Assembly (NCBI GenBank): GCA_951406725.2
Contig: OX597823.1
Coordinates: 7,378,001-7,442,000, forward strand
Source of the DNA: Octopus vulgaris
Lineage: Eukaryota
Direction: 5' to 3'
Length of the DNA stretch: 64,000 nt
The notes beneath the pieces are model-generated. The model made no database searches. It saw only the letters and a program-made list of their open reading frames with translations, and had not been told where the DNA came from. Positions 45,192 through 58,689 of this stretch are shown here, piece after piece. Both the position numbers and the translations under genes were made by a program. The number at the start of each line of letters is the position of its first letter. Positions within the stretch are counted from its first letter, which is position 1.

Positions 45192-46409
45192 CGAGGTGCG
45201 TTCAAAAAGTATCCGAATTTTATTTTTCCCGCCGAAACTAATGCCACGTGGGCAAAAAATCCTTTGGGTGGAGGATGACACCACCCTGCCTGCGCATGCG
45301 TGAAAATTTTTGTACCAGTAGGCCGTGTCAGTTCCCGGCTGTTATGCCTCGACTACAGACGTGTAGTGCGCGTTCGTCGGATTTTCGTTCTCATGCAAAA
45401 TTACCGAACGCATCGACAAAGACCATAAACCCATATCTCATCACTAGTGATGAAGGTCTTCATGAAATCCGAGTCGTAGTTTGCTCGGTCCAGCATGTCC
45501 TGAGCGATTTCCATGCGGAGTTGCTTCGGCTGCTCTGCCAGCACCTTTGGGGACGAATTTTGCCGACATTCTCCACATGCACAAATTCTCTGTTAAATTG
45601 AATTTATCCTGACTCCCACTTCGTGAGCAATTTCCTGGATTGTTACGCAACGATCTTCCATGGCTATTCACCGAACCCTCTCAATCGGCTCCTCGTTTCG
45701 GCTTGTGAACGGCCTGCCTGAGCGTGCCTTGCTCTCCACTGACGCATGGCCATGTTTGGAGCACTTGTACCACTCCTTGATCTGAGTTTTGCCCATGGCA
45801 TCATTGCTAAAGGTCTGCTGAATCTTCTGATTGGTTTGAGCTTGAGTATCACAAAGCTTTTGACAAAACTTGTTGCAATATCTCTGCTCAATGCTTCATG
45901 CATACAGATGTGTGTGTAGACACGTATTCGAGAAAGTATACATAAGCATTGAGCTGGTTTTCGATGTAGGCTTGAGTGGGTGTGGTGATTTGGTGGGTCT
46001 TTGTTGAACTCTTAAGTTTACAGTGTGGGTAGTTGAAGTTTTTGATAAAATCAAAGTTCATGTCTCAGCAAAGGATATCAATCAGTTAATGCTCTATGTA
46101 AATGGAGTGAATAAAAGATGTTGGATTCTTGAGGGTTTACAAAGTGCGTTCAAAAAGTGGTGGACTTCAGTTTTTCCCACCAAAACTAATATCGCACGGG
46201 AAAAATCCCTTGGGCAAAAATTCCGACGAGCGCGCACAGCACATATGTATTCTAGGCGTAACAACGGGGAACTGACACGGCCTACTTGCACGAAAGTTTT
46301 CACACATGTGCTGAAAGGATGGCGTCAATTCTTGCCCAAAGGATTTTTCCCGTGCGATATTAGTTTTGGTGGGAAAAACTGAAGTCCACCACTTTTTGAA
46401 CGCACTTTG
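45192..46409 (-). mobile_element. Rearranged mariner with two inverted 5'-type ends
   Basis: TIR cgaggtgcgttcaaaaag / ctttttgaacgcactttg|TA. Minus-strand transposase remnants (EQRYCNKFCQK, SAKFVPK, ITSDEIWVYG) at about 45420-45895. Confidence 0.85.
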
Positions 46410-46654
46410 TAAACCCTCAAGAATCCAACATCTTTTATTCACTCCATTTACATAGAGCATTAACTGATTGATATCCTTTGCTGAGACATGAACTTTGATT
46501 TTATCAAAAACTTCAACTACCCACACTGTAAACTTAAGAGTTCAACAAAGACCCACCAAATCACCACACCCACTCAAGCCTACATCGAAAACCAGCTCAA
46601 TGCTTATGTATACTTTCTCGAATACGTGTCTACACACACATCTGTATGCATGAA
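45895..46654. repeat. 760-bp palindrome (328-bp arms, 104-bp spacer)
   Basis: Arms 45895-46222 and 46327-46654; I see only two mismatches, both near the inner ends. Confidence 0.95.
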
Positions 46655-46865
46655 TAGATATACACATCGCTATGTACACATTTTTCTCTACGCCTTTACG
46701 CATATCAGCATAGATCTGCACATAATGTGCCTGCTCCCGTACAAATGTGTTCAATATATCCATTCATGTTTCTAATGAGTGTACATGTCCACGCATATCT
46801 TATTAACATGAGCGTGTGGTTTACAATTATTGTATATCATATTGTACTTACATATATATGCACTT

Positions 46866-47442
46866 CCATGCATCTATGTATGTATGTATGTATGTATGTA
46901 TGTATGTATGTATGTGTTTATGTATGCATGCATGTATGTATGTACGTATGTATGTATGTGTTTATGTATGCATGTATGTATGTATGTATGTGTTTATGTA
47001 TGCATGTATGTATGTATGTATGTATGTATGTATGTATGTGTTTATGTATGCATGCATGTATGTATGTACGTATGTGTGTATGTATGTATGTATGCATGTA
47101 TGTATGTACGTATGTATGTATGTGTTTATGTATGTATGTATGTATGTATATATGTATGTATGCATGCATGTATGTATGTATGTATGTATGTATGTGTTTA
47201 TGTATGTATGTATGTATGTATGTATATATGTATGTATGCATGCATGTATGTATGTATGTATGTATGTATGTATGTATGTGTTTATGTATGTATGTATGTA
47301 TGTATGTACGTACGTACGTATGTATGTATGTATGTATGTGTTTATGTATGCATGTATGTATGTATGTATGTATGTATGTATGTATGTATGTATGTATGTA
47401 TGTATGTATGTATGTATATATGTATGTACGTATGTACGTATG
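46866..47442 (+). repeat. Compound (TATG)n tract with recurring TGTTTATG variants
   Basis: Direct inspection. Confidence 0.95.
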
Positions 47443-48724
47443 TCTGTGCCATGAATTATGTAAGTTACATTAAAGCGATGAATCAACTTGAATGGGTGAT
47501 GAATAAATAAATGAGCTGAGATAAATAAGCCAAATCAAGAGGATAAATGACGATAAATGAAGGTTAAAAAATGGTAAAGACAAATGAAGTTTTTGAAGAG
47601 CTTTTGTCATATCCGGCTTCTTTCCACATTCACTCTCCTTACTCTGCTGTATACGGTCGTTTTTCTATCCAATATCTATTTTATTTATATTATTTATTTA
47701 TTCATTTATCACCTTTCGTCACCTTTCATTATTCACTATTTATCGCCATTTGTCAGCCCTTGATTTATCTGATCTCATTTATTTATTGCCTCTTATCAAA
47801 CTTGATTCATTGCTTTCGTATAACAACTATCATTCATTGTTTTTATGATAACTTACCTGACTGATCTTGCTTTTCATCGTTAACTTACATTCGAACGAGA
47901 TATTCTTCAGAGCGAACACGCGTGCCTGTACGTTTTTATACGCCAGTGTCTGCGAGCGTGCATCGTTGTTAATTAATGAAGTGAATGTATGTGTAATTGA
48001 ACAAGTGCAAACATGTGGACAGCATGGTTATGAATATGTATTACATGGAGAGATGTACATGCAGATATTACATGTGCATAGGCATTTGTACTAAGAGCAC
48101 ATGTCTGCTAACATTCAAGACGATTCCACGAAACTCTGTGTGTGTGTGCGTCTATAGAAACGTGCATATCTACATGAGTGAATGCATGTATGCGTGAATG
48201 TGTGTAGATGCATACCTATGTGAACTCGTACCCACATGCACGCGGCGTGTGAGAGGAGAATGAAAAATACTGCAAGGGAAAGTTATCTTCTTTGAACAAT
48301 AATTGAGGAGTTAAAATCCCTTTCTTTTTTACATATTGCTTTATCCTTTCCATTATTATATTCTTATCCATTATGTAACCACTGTCATGCAGCCAAATCC
48401 CCGATAACTATTTTTCATGGAATTTTTTCACGATATTCTTCGATTGAATTTATATTTTTCCTCGCCTGGGGCACAAATTTTTAAGGCGCAGGCGTAGCTA
48501 TGTGGTAAAAGGTTTGCTTTTCAACTACTGGTTCTCGGTTCAGTCCCACTGTGTGGTACCTCTGTCAAGTTGGAAAGTGTTTTCTACTGTAGTCCCGGGC
48601 CGACCAAAGTGGATTTAATAGATGGAAGCTGAAAAAAGCCCGCCGTATGTGTGTCTGTATATGAGTGAACCTTTGTGTTTGTGTTTGTCCATCACCACCA
48701 CTTGACAACCGGTGTTGGTTTAAT

Positions 48725-51082
48725 AATGGAGAGTTACTGCAAGCGTGTTGGACAAAAAGCATTACGAAATCGACAGTACAGTACTATCACCCTCTTCAAA
48801 CCTAGAGATATCCAAACCACCGAAGCTAGAAATTACCGCCCAATAGCCTGCCAAAACATCGTGTATAAGATGTACATGGCTGCCTCAATGTGTTTCTAGC
48901 ACAAAGAAGGAAGTGTTGGGATATACAGGGTACCTACCAATTAAAAAGATACAAGAAAGAAATATAAAGAACCACAGAAACTTGGCTATGGCATGGATGG
49001 ACTACCAAAACGCCTTTAATAGTATGCCACGTAAGTGGATTACCAAAGCACTCCAACGCTAGAAGCTGCCATCCACCACCTAGCCAAAAACTGGCACACC
49101 TCCTACTTCTTAGAGGAGGCATTCTCTCACTGAACCTCTATCTTACGAAACATAACAGCTATAAGAATGAATCCGGTAATATCTCTCACCTTTTCTTTGT
49201 TGATGACCTGAAGCTACATGGATCAAGTATTAGCGACATCAAAAAGCGACTGGATCTCATAACCTAATTCTTTGAAGGTATCGGAATGAAATTTGGTGGA
49301 TCAAAATGTGCTTTTTTTATTGGTAAAACTTAGCAAACGTGTGCCCGCATCCAAGGCACTATACATGAACGACCTAAAAATACAACCATTTTAGAGATTA
49401 TTGTCAGAAGGTTACAAACATCTTTGATGGATTGGTGTAAGCTGCAAGCATCTTGGATGAACTCGTCAATAAGGAGAGAACAAGGAATGAATACCTCAAA
49501 AGAGTTTTAAAAACATGTCATCTGACTTCTTCACTTACAACAAGCATATCGCCCATAACTCTTTTGCAGTGCTTAGCCTCACACCTACATTTGGCCTTCT
49601 AAACTAGTCTCTACAAGAGCTCAATAAGAAAGACATACAAGCTCGCAAGCTGCCTCGTGTTACTGGAAATTTCAACATCATAAGGCTATAGATGTCATGC
49701 ATGGATGGCGGCCATGATTATAAATTTGCATTGCTGTCATAATGAAACACGTATTGTAACACTGAAGCGACATCTACAGAAGAAAGAGGCTATAAACTAT
49801 CTTACTGAAGATTGAGAACACGAAAACAACATTATAAAAGCTAGTGCAGATCTTTCCCCAAAAAAGCATCGATAAATTCTGTCTGTCACAAAAACAAAAT
49901 ATGAAAATGGACAAGTTCACCGAAAAGGTTGTGCGTGGGTACTTGATACGAAATACCCAAGCCATAGAGGGAATAAATCATACCAAAAGCTTGGCATAGA
50001 GTGCTGACAAGTTTATGACATCCCATTTTGAAGTTTACCGCCATGCAATTCAAGAGCGAGACATTTCCAGAAGGATTTACAGCATAAAAGGCAAAAAGCA
50101 TCGATGAATAACAAATGTAGGTTGTGCAAAACTAGAACTGAAGACATCAACTTCATTATTCCCAACTGCAAGAGAGTGTCTTTTAGATGCTATCTTCCCA
50201 TAAGGCATGATGCGGTTGCCAAAACAATCTGAAACATTAAAAAAAAAAAAAACAGCAAACAAAGTTGACTAAATTGGGACGAATAGGTTAAAAGAAGTTT
50301 GGTGGAACTTCAACATTGAAACAGCCATCAAGCCAAAGCACTACAAGCCAGAATATTTGTGTGGAGTGCTAGTAAAAAAACATGTTCTGTTGTGGAAATC
50401 AGCAGTCCTCTGGACATTAATATAATTAGAAAAACACAGAACATCTCTCTCTTTACTTTTTTACTCTTTTACTTGTTTCAGTCATTTGACTGCGGCCATG
50501 CTGGAGCACCGCCTTTAGTCGAGCAAATCGACCCCGGGACTTATTCTTTGTAAGCCCAGTACTTATTCTATCGGTCTCTTTTGCCGAACCGCTAAGTGAC
50601 GGGGACGTAAACACACCAGCATCGGTTGTCAAGCAATGCTAGGGGGACAAACATAGAAACACAAACACACACATACATATATATATGTATACATATATAC
50701 GACAGGCTTCTCTCAGTTTCCGTCTACCAAATCCACTCACAAGGTATTGGTCGGCCCGGGGCTATAGCAGAAGACACTTGCCCAAGAGGCCACGCAGTGG
50801 GACTGAACCCGGAACCATGTGGCTGGTTAGCAAGCTACTTACCACACAGCCACTCCTGCGGAACATTGATAAGGAATTTGAAAATCCAGTACCCAAGATA
50901 CACTTTCAGTTTCATACCTCGTGTATTTGAAGCAACGGGACACATACCAACACGAACGCGCCTGGAGCCGTGGTCTTGGGATGGAAATGCAACTCCTTAA
51001 TTCATGCGCGCCAAACGACCATGATACCTGGGACAATAAAAATCTGTAACATCTTCATAAGATTTAAAAGATGATTAATAAA
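48725..51082 (+). mobile_element. Decayed RLE-type non-LTR retrotransposon (R4/NeSL-like), interrupted by SINE A (50444-50858, minus)
   Basis: NYRPIACQNIVYK and VDDLKL (RT); CRLCKTRTEDINFIIPNC (degenerate CCHC); RHDAVAK and VVEISSP (restriction-like endonuclease region). Confidence 0.85.
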
Positions 51083-51940
51083 ACAAGGTGCTTTCCTTTA
51101 CAACTTTGTTACAAGTAGCTGATTGGTCAAAATTTACTCTAAATTAAAAAGAGAAATATATATATACATACATATGTAGCAGAAGTGATTTACACTCACT
51201 GTGTGAGATGTTTTCGTTTTGACTCATCTAGGCTTAAATACCCCAATATCGGCTCCACGGGTCTTTTCGTTCCAGATGGTCACACCACCTCGTGATTAAA
51301 CGAACCTATTGTTTGTATTGGTTGGTTTTCAGCCGTCCAATCGTGTTGGTGCAACAGTTCATTTTTCCTTACGCGGGAAATTCATCACCAGCTTCTGGGA
51401 GCCTACTATTCCCAACAGGAACGGCAATTCTCTACTGTTGTAGGTCTTTGGCACTCGCCACTGACCACACACAACTCGTCTCCGGCAACGATGCATCTGA
51501 CACCAGCCAGTCTCCGCTTTCGCCTTCTACATCTACCAGACGCCTGTCTACATCATTGCTGTATGAAGACCACACGACCAACAGACCAACGGCTGCCTCA
51601 ACACACCACCAAACAGTACGTCTATTTTGTCTACAGATCAACAATCCAGCCTAGCCACGAAGTCTCCTCTTATGTTATTTTATTTCATGTATGGCAATCA
51701 TTGTATGTTATGACGGAGAATATATCATCACTTACCAGTTCATTTCATCTCAAGTCGTATATATAATTCACACACCCTCATTTACTCCATCATCGTTATA
51801 CATATTATATTGAAGTCACAATTATGCTTTAGTTTTATATTTTAAGGGGCTTTTATGCATATTTCCATACGGGACCTTTGTAATCTGTTTGCAACAACAA
51901 GGTTCCTAAATTCATCATTAACATATCTAAATTTTCACCG

Positions 51941-52349
51941 CAGTGGCGTAGATTAAGGTGTGCAGACGGCCTCTTTATATATGTGTATTTGATGTTGTCA
52001 GAGGTGTGTTCCTTTAGAGAGGTGGGATCTTTTCACTTTGACCTACAGATTCAAAAAATAATTTCTTTGTAACTAAACACTTTTAAACTTCGTATACTGG
52101 TAGAATGTGTCACATAAAACATCTTTTTCTCTTCGCGTTCTTGAGAAAATTCTGTAGTTTGTAAGCTATTTCTTGTTTAATTTCTTGTATTTCGGCAATT
52201 TCAACCAATCAATGACGTCTGTTGAGGTGAATACAATTACTACTGTTGTTTGTCAACATCTTCCTGCGGTGTCTATTTAGTCTGTCACTGTTATTTATGG
52301 CATATTTCGGCGAGCCCAGTGGATGGTCAAAACCCATGCTCCGCCACTA
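51941..52349. mobile_element. hAT-like MITE
   Basis: Ends CAGTGGCG and CGCCACTA; 8-bp flanks TTTCACCG and TTTGACTG (6/8 match). Confidence 0.55.
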
Positions 52350-52479
52350 TTTGACTGTCTTATTCTTCAGGATGTAAAATGTTGTTTGCGTGGGTAACTG
52401 CCTCCTTTTACAGTAGGTGAATATGCTTAGTGTAAACGCAGCTCAGAAAACTCGAAATTTATACGTCATAAGTCACGGG

Positions 52480-54240
52480 TTTATTGTATCTGTAACGTGT
52501 ATGTTGTCTGACTGTTTATTCAAGCATTGTTCAGGGCTATGACTAATAATCCCTCTATCATTAAGCGTCTGTTTTTGTAAGGTAATCTATACAGTATGGA
52601 AGTGTTGTCTTTAATAATAAACGCGAAATTCTGTCTGTCTGTCCATCCGGGACACCTGTATCTCAATCTTTATTTTTCTCTACATATACATATTATACCC
52701 TTTTGGAATCAGGGTGATCCCGGGATTGAAAATTTACCCTTCATTTGGTTCTTAAACATCCAACATTGGGATCAGCATTGTTATATGCTGACAGTTGAAA
52801 ATTCAAATTTTAAAAGAACTCAAAAAATTTGTGAACTTACAAGTTTTTCATTTGAACTGACTTTAAAGTAATATCATATCGGTAGGGTGCCAATAAATGC
52901 TTTATGATTATTGCTCTCTTTGGTTTTGGGCCACAGGCCCAATTAACCCACCGCAGGAGCTCGCTCAAAAGTACGCACGGAGCTCGGCTTTTAAGCTAGT
53001 CTCCTAATATTTTCCTATCAAGCTTTATTTTTGTATTTTGTAGCGCGCTTAATTGCTCCTTGTGAATGGTAAGCCTACAAGACCGTGTTGCATTTGTGCG
53101 GCTAATGTAACAGTTGGAGTCATGAATTTTACAACTTTCACTTTTACAATCGAGTTTATAAATCACATCGGTCATTTATAGCTTGTTATCGGGTATATAT
53201 GTTTGGGGTCTGTCATTAAGGAGGCTTATGATTTTTGCGTTTTTATAATAAAATTATTAACCATAGTTATGGTTTGATATGATACATTTATGGTCAATTC
53301 CATAAGATTTTTGATAATGTACTTTGTCTGTTTTATAGTTACAATGCATTTGACTCATATACTGACTTTACGAGTGATTTATATATTTATAACTGGCGCA
53401 ATGCCTGACGCATTTGTTGCATAGTATTTGTGTCTACATGCTGCTGTGGTTTGGTCCATTAATCTGCGAGGATATTCTTTGTTAATTAGTGTTTATTTTA
53501 TAATGCTGATTTCTTTATCTAATGCTTAGTTTGTGGAAGAGCGTCTAAAAGCTCTTCTAAGTAGGGATTTTACTACTGACATTTTTTAACTGAGGAAATA
53601 TTTGCTGTCTCTGTATAAGTATTTACATATATTAGTGTGATTGATGTACACGAGAGTGAGATATCAGTTCTCTTCAATCTGGATATTTATATGTAAAAAT
53701 GAAATTTTATCTGCATTATTCTGGGTATTAAATTTTAGTAGAGTTATTCGGTGTTCTCGACATTTTTTAGTACCGCTATCACAGTATATCGCCCACATAT
53801 CTGATGTGGGCGATATACTGTGATAGATGCATAAACATACCAGAGCATATGTTTATGCTTTGATACTTCTTTGTTTTCAATAGATAGAATGTCACAAACA
53901 TTTCTTCTTAAGAACCCATGGTTATTCGGCTTTTTGCTTTGTGAACAGTGAAAACTCAAAGACATTGTACTTCTTACTAATATTTTGGCGGTGCGTTTAC
54001 CAGGCAAATGATTTTATCTGCGACCGTGTGTTGAAAATAAAACGATTGCACATGTTCAACAGTTATTATTTGTTATACGGTGTCAAGCATTTTGCCGTGC
54101 TAACTGCGAAATGGTCACTGACAAAATTGTACAGCAGTATTTGAGTGAAGTTAACAGCCTTTGTGTGTTTTTGAATGGCTAACATGTGTCTTCCACCTAC
54201 AATCGTTCTTACTAAATGTTTTTATTATAACTTGGTTGGA
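52480..54240 (-). pseudogene. Penelope-like element ORF remnant (RT plus GIY-YIG endonuclease)
   Basis: Minus strand: ITMGS (about 53915); KMSVVKSLLRRAF...LINKEYP (53450-53590); VIYKLDCKSESC...YISRT...RLTIH (53060-53166); RRLMIEGLL...LN (about 52530-52575). Confidence 0.8.
52608..52999 (+). mobile_element. Non-autonomous Helitron inserted in the Penelope-like remnant
   Basis: TCTTTAATAATAAACGCGAAATTCTGTCTGTC start; degenerate hairpin, then CTAG|T end. Confidence 0.6.
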
Positions 54241-54820
54241 ACCATAGGTGGCTTTATTCATGAATGTTTGTATACTTTATCTAATTCAGTTTCTATTGTT
54301 TTTACGAAGAGAAAATTGGTGGACAGACTTTAAACATTTGGAATCGAGACAATATCAACTTCATCGTCAACACAAATCACATTCGCTTAGTGTCAAAGTG
54401 GTAGTTACATACTCCAAGAACATTTCACATTCTAAACATACTGGCATCATTGGTGATAGATTTAGGAACTTCATCGCCTCAAACGAACTGAATTGGACTT
54501 ATATATAAATATATATGTAAAAAAAAAACTTAATAAAAACAATAAAACTATAACAGTTCATTAAACTCTTTCTTACCCTTCAGCTCCCATCTCATCTCAT
54601 CTTTTCTCTTCACCTCACACTCAACTTTGCCTGCTTCTTAGTCCATTACTCTTCCCATCTTCCTTCTCATATTGTTTCTCTTTTCACTTCCTCTTCACGT
54701 ACGAAGCTCACGTGGTCCTGCATTACTTACCTGTTCCAGCAACCTTTGTTTTTCTTTTTAAACCAAAAGGCTTAGAGGATCTAAAACTCTATCTCTCATT
54801 AATTTCCTTCCTTCTAACTT

Positions 54821-54853
54821 TTCCCTGAAGAAGATTTTGTCCGAAACATTGGA
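54821..54853 (+). ncRNA. Degenerate minimal hammerhead motif
   Basis: TTCC CTGAAGA agattttgtcc GAAA CA TT GGA; the CA is probably a decayed CG. Confidence 0.45.
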
Positions 54854-55489
54854 TTCTATACCTCTCACAGCGAGTTTGCAAGTACAGTATATATAAGAAA
54901 ATAAAGAATGTGTAAGCGGCTAGCGATCTATCATGGCGAATGCTGGACAGAAGAGTCACACAGGAGAGCTAGGGAGAAGAGGAGATAATAAAGTAGTGGT
55001 GATCCCAAAACGAAGGTGCATGTGCGTGTGTATAAGAAAGTTTGTATGTGCGTGTGGAAGAGGGCTGGTGATCTTGACGTGTACGTCTAGGTGTGAAAAT
55101 GTGGGTCTGGGAAGTGGTCGGTGCTGGTGTGTGCGTGGTGGTGTGTTGTGATGTGATGTGTTGTGATATGGTGATGTATGGTGTAGTGTGATGGTGTTGG
55201 GAGGTGGGGAAGGCGAGAGTGGGGAAAGCAAGTGTGGGTTAGGGTGAGGGTGGGGGTAGATGAGGGGTATGTGGGAGTGGGTGTAAGGGATGGCGTAGGG
55301 TGGGATGTATATATATTTCGGAGGTGAAGACCCCCTTCTTCAGAACATTAGAAAAAGCGGTGTTTGGAAACTTTTTCCAGTCAACAGCGTTGGAGAGCAT
55401 AAAGATTAGAGCTGTAGTTGAGAAAAAGCTAGCTGACACGGAGGACTAGAAGCCGTCTGCATATTGGAAAGGAACTACCTGTATCATGA

Positions 55490-56103
55490 TGGTTAGCTCC
55501 GGGTATCAAAATAAGATATGCATCATGAAACCAAGTTTCCCAGACTATGATGGTCTTTGAGGGTACCTTCAGGGTCAGGTCATACCATCACAGGTCCTTT
55601 GAACCCAAGGTCCTTCGAACAGGACCTTGGGCTCAATTCAGGTGTCTCTATGATGCTGCAGGAAATTATGGTCAAACCCTGACTGGAGAGGCTTACTGCT
55701 GGAAGGCCATATTAGTGGCATTAGGATTCGGTTCCTTGCCATATCTCCAGAAAGAGCCAGTCGGAGAATTTTACGACTTCATTAGCCCCAATTTCTGGCC
55801 TCCTACTTCTCCCGATTGTTATCCCATGGATTACTATGTATGAGACGCAGTTGAGAAAAACACCACAGCTCTGACTAGTGGCTAAGATCAAGGAAGTGTT
55901 CAAAGATCTTTCCACGGACACAGCGAGGAATACATGTGCTAGAATCCGGAGCCGTCGTGGAATCTGAGGGCAGCTACTTTGAGTAAACTATTATTTCCCA
56001 GCCATAATCAAGTTTAATTTTGTTTTTAAATACATTTATCTTTGGATGGTATATTTTGTTTTCATTCCCTTTAATTGAAGCCGTCAAATTTAGCCCAGAC
56101 GCC
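55490..56103 (+). mobile_element. Tc1/mariner transposase 3' remnant
   Basis: WPPTSPDCYPMDYYV and EGSYFE motifs. Confidence 0.8.
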
Positions 56104-56289
56104 ATATATATATATACCAAAAGGATGTGTTATCCCTTTCGACAAGGGATGCATAAAATTCCGTAGTATAAAATTCTGGAGTGCAAGAACTGACGAATTC
56201 TTTGAAGTTCGTTTTGAGCTACTTCCTCTTCATTGTTGAAGGTTACTTCCACAGCCATACTAACAATCCAACAATACAATTACGCATAA

Positions 56290-56706
56290 GGCGGCGAGCT
56301 GGCAGAATCGTTAGCACGCCGGGCGAAATGCGTAGCCTTATTTCGTCTGCCGTTACGTTCTGAGTTTAAATTCCGCCGAGGTCGACTTTGCCTTTTATCC
56401 TTACGGGGTCGATAAATTAAGTACCAGTTACGCACTGAGGTCGATATAATCGACTTAATCCGTTTGTCTGTCCTTGTTTGTCCTCTCTGTGTTTAGCCCC
56501 TTGTGGGTAGTAAAGAAACAGGTATTTCGTCTGCCGCTACGTTCTGAGTTCAAATTCCGCTGATATTGACTTTGCCTTTCATCCTTTTCGGGGTCGATTA
56601 AATAAGTGCCAGTTACAAACTGGGGTCGATGTAATCGACTTAATCCCTTTGTCTGTCCTTGTTTGTCCTCTCTATGTTTAGCCCCTTGTGGGCAATAAAG
56701 AAATAA
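56290..56706 (+). mobile_element. SINE family B dimer
   Basis: Junction taaagaaacaggtatttcgtctgccg at about 56511. Confidence 0.9.
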
Positions 56707-56887
56707 ATACTATTCCGCACATACAAAAACAGTCATACCAACAATCCAACGTACCTTCATCATCAGCTGCCCCACGGATATCATTATGGTGACACAACGG
56801 CCGAGAGTTTCGTGCATGGCTCATTATCAAACTGGCTCATCTGAGCATTCGTTTCTTATACAGAGTAAATTATAGTTTTCTGAAATG

Positions 56888-57225
56888 TTCTTTCACTTGT
56901 TTCAGTCATTAGACTGTGGCCATGCTGGAGCATCAACCTATGGAGTTTTAGTCGAACAAATCAATCCCAAGATTTATTGTACTTATTCTATCGGTTCCCC
57001 TTGTCGGGACGCTAAGTTACAGGGACAAACACAGACGCAAACTCACAAATACACACACACAGACACACGTATATATACGACAGGCTTCTTTCAGTTTCCG
57101 TCCACCAAATCCACTCAGAAAGCTTTGGTCGCCCGAGGTTATAGTAGAAGACACTTGCCCAAGTTGCTATGCAGTGGGACTCAACCTAGAACCATGTGGT
57201 TGGGAAGCAAGCTTCTTACCGCACA

Positions 57226-57228
<3 letters not shown>
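56888..57228 (-). mobile_element. Diverged SINE family A
   Basis: Reverse-complement match to SINE A. Confidence 0.85.
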
Positions 57229-57275
<47 letters not shown>

Positions 57276-57276
57276 G

Positions 57277-57307
<31 letters not shown>

Positions 57308-58245
57308 TATATGAAGAACAAGAACAAATTTAGATCTTATAGGGTGAATAGAAAAAATAGAACACAATACATGAGTATATATACTTTTTATATATTTTTA
57401 ATTCGCAAAATTACAAGTGACACAACGGCCGAGAGTTTCGCGTATGACATTATCAGACTGGTTCATCTGAGCATTCGTTTCTTATATAGAGTAAATTACA
57501 ATTCTTTCCGAAATGTTCGATTAAAAATTGATATTTTTTAATAGTCACATGAAATTCGAGAATTTTTAAATGATCTATTCGCAAGACAAAGACTGGTCTT
57601 TAGATAAAATTAAATGCAATGTACGTGTGAGTGTGTTTTGTTCATCTTTTGCTTGTTTGCTTTTTTTTTAAATTTTAATTACTGTCGAGATACTCTTTGT
57701 TCAACAAACAGATTATTTGATAATTCGCAATTTTCACCTGACTCTCCGATATTAATTTTTAATTGAATATATCATTAAACAATATTATACGCACAATTTA
57801 TCTATATGTATAAAACGTGGTATTTATTTCTGTATACTCAATTCTCATTGTTCCTGTGGCCTCCATTCCTTGTTTCCTTCCGTTGGAAAATTACCCTAAA
57901 ATAAATAAGATTAAATAGATATATCAATAATGTTTCATTGAAAGTGTTATAGCGAATAACACCCCATTACTTTTTAAATATAATGAGACATCAATGTCGA
58001 ATGTCATTCTTGATGGCACGGAAATGCTCAAAATGTTATCTGTAAACACATCCAAGATGATTCGTAGATCAAGTGTGGAACTGCCGAGGGTATCTGCGCA
58101 CGACCACACGGGGAGTAAAAACGATAAGTGGAAAGCATGGTAAATGCTACCAACTTATTTTGGATGAGTGTGCATGCATACGTGTGCGTGCATGTATATG
58201 TGTGTGTATTATGCTATGTTAAGGATATTCTTGTGTGCGTGTGTG

Positions 58246-58310
<65 letters not shown>

Positions 58311-58404
58311 ATTACAAGAAAATAGCGAAGACAAAATTCGAAACATATAACGTTTAACTGCTAAAAGGATTTCTGAATTACTCTGCATGTGTATGTGTGT
58401 GTGT

Positions 58405-58534
<130 letters not shown>

Positions 58535-58689
58535 GTGTGTGTGCAACAGGTTGCTGCAAAAGTTGTTGCGGTTTTTAACCATCGTAAAGCAACCATATCT
58601 CAACTCAGAATAACTTTTATTTAATCGAAGTAATAACTAGTAAAATCTATACAATTCAACAATGAAGGGAAGCAGCTCAAATGTAGCCC

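Noticed and set aside
46023-46526. Twin 119-aa ORFs on opposite strands with identical N-termini
   Set aside because: A by-product of the palindrome; GTG start and no recognisable protein motif.
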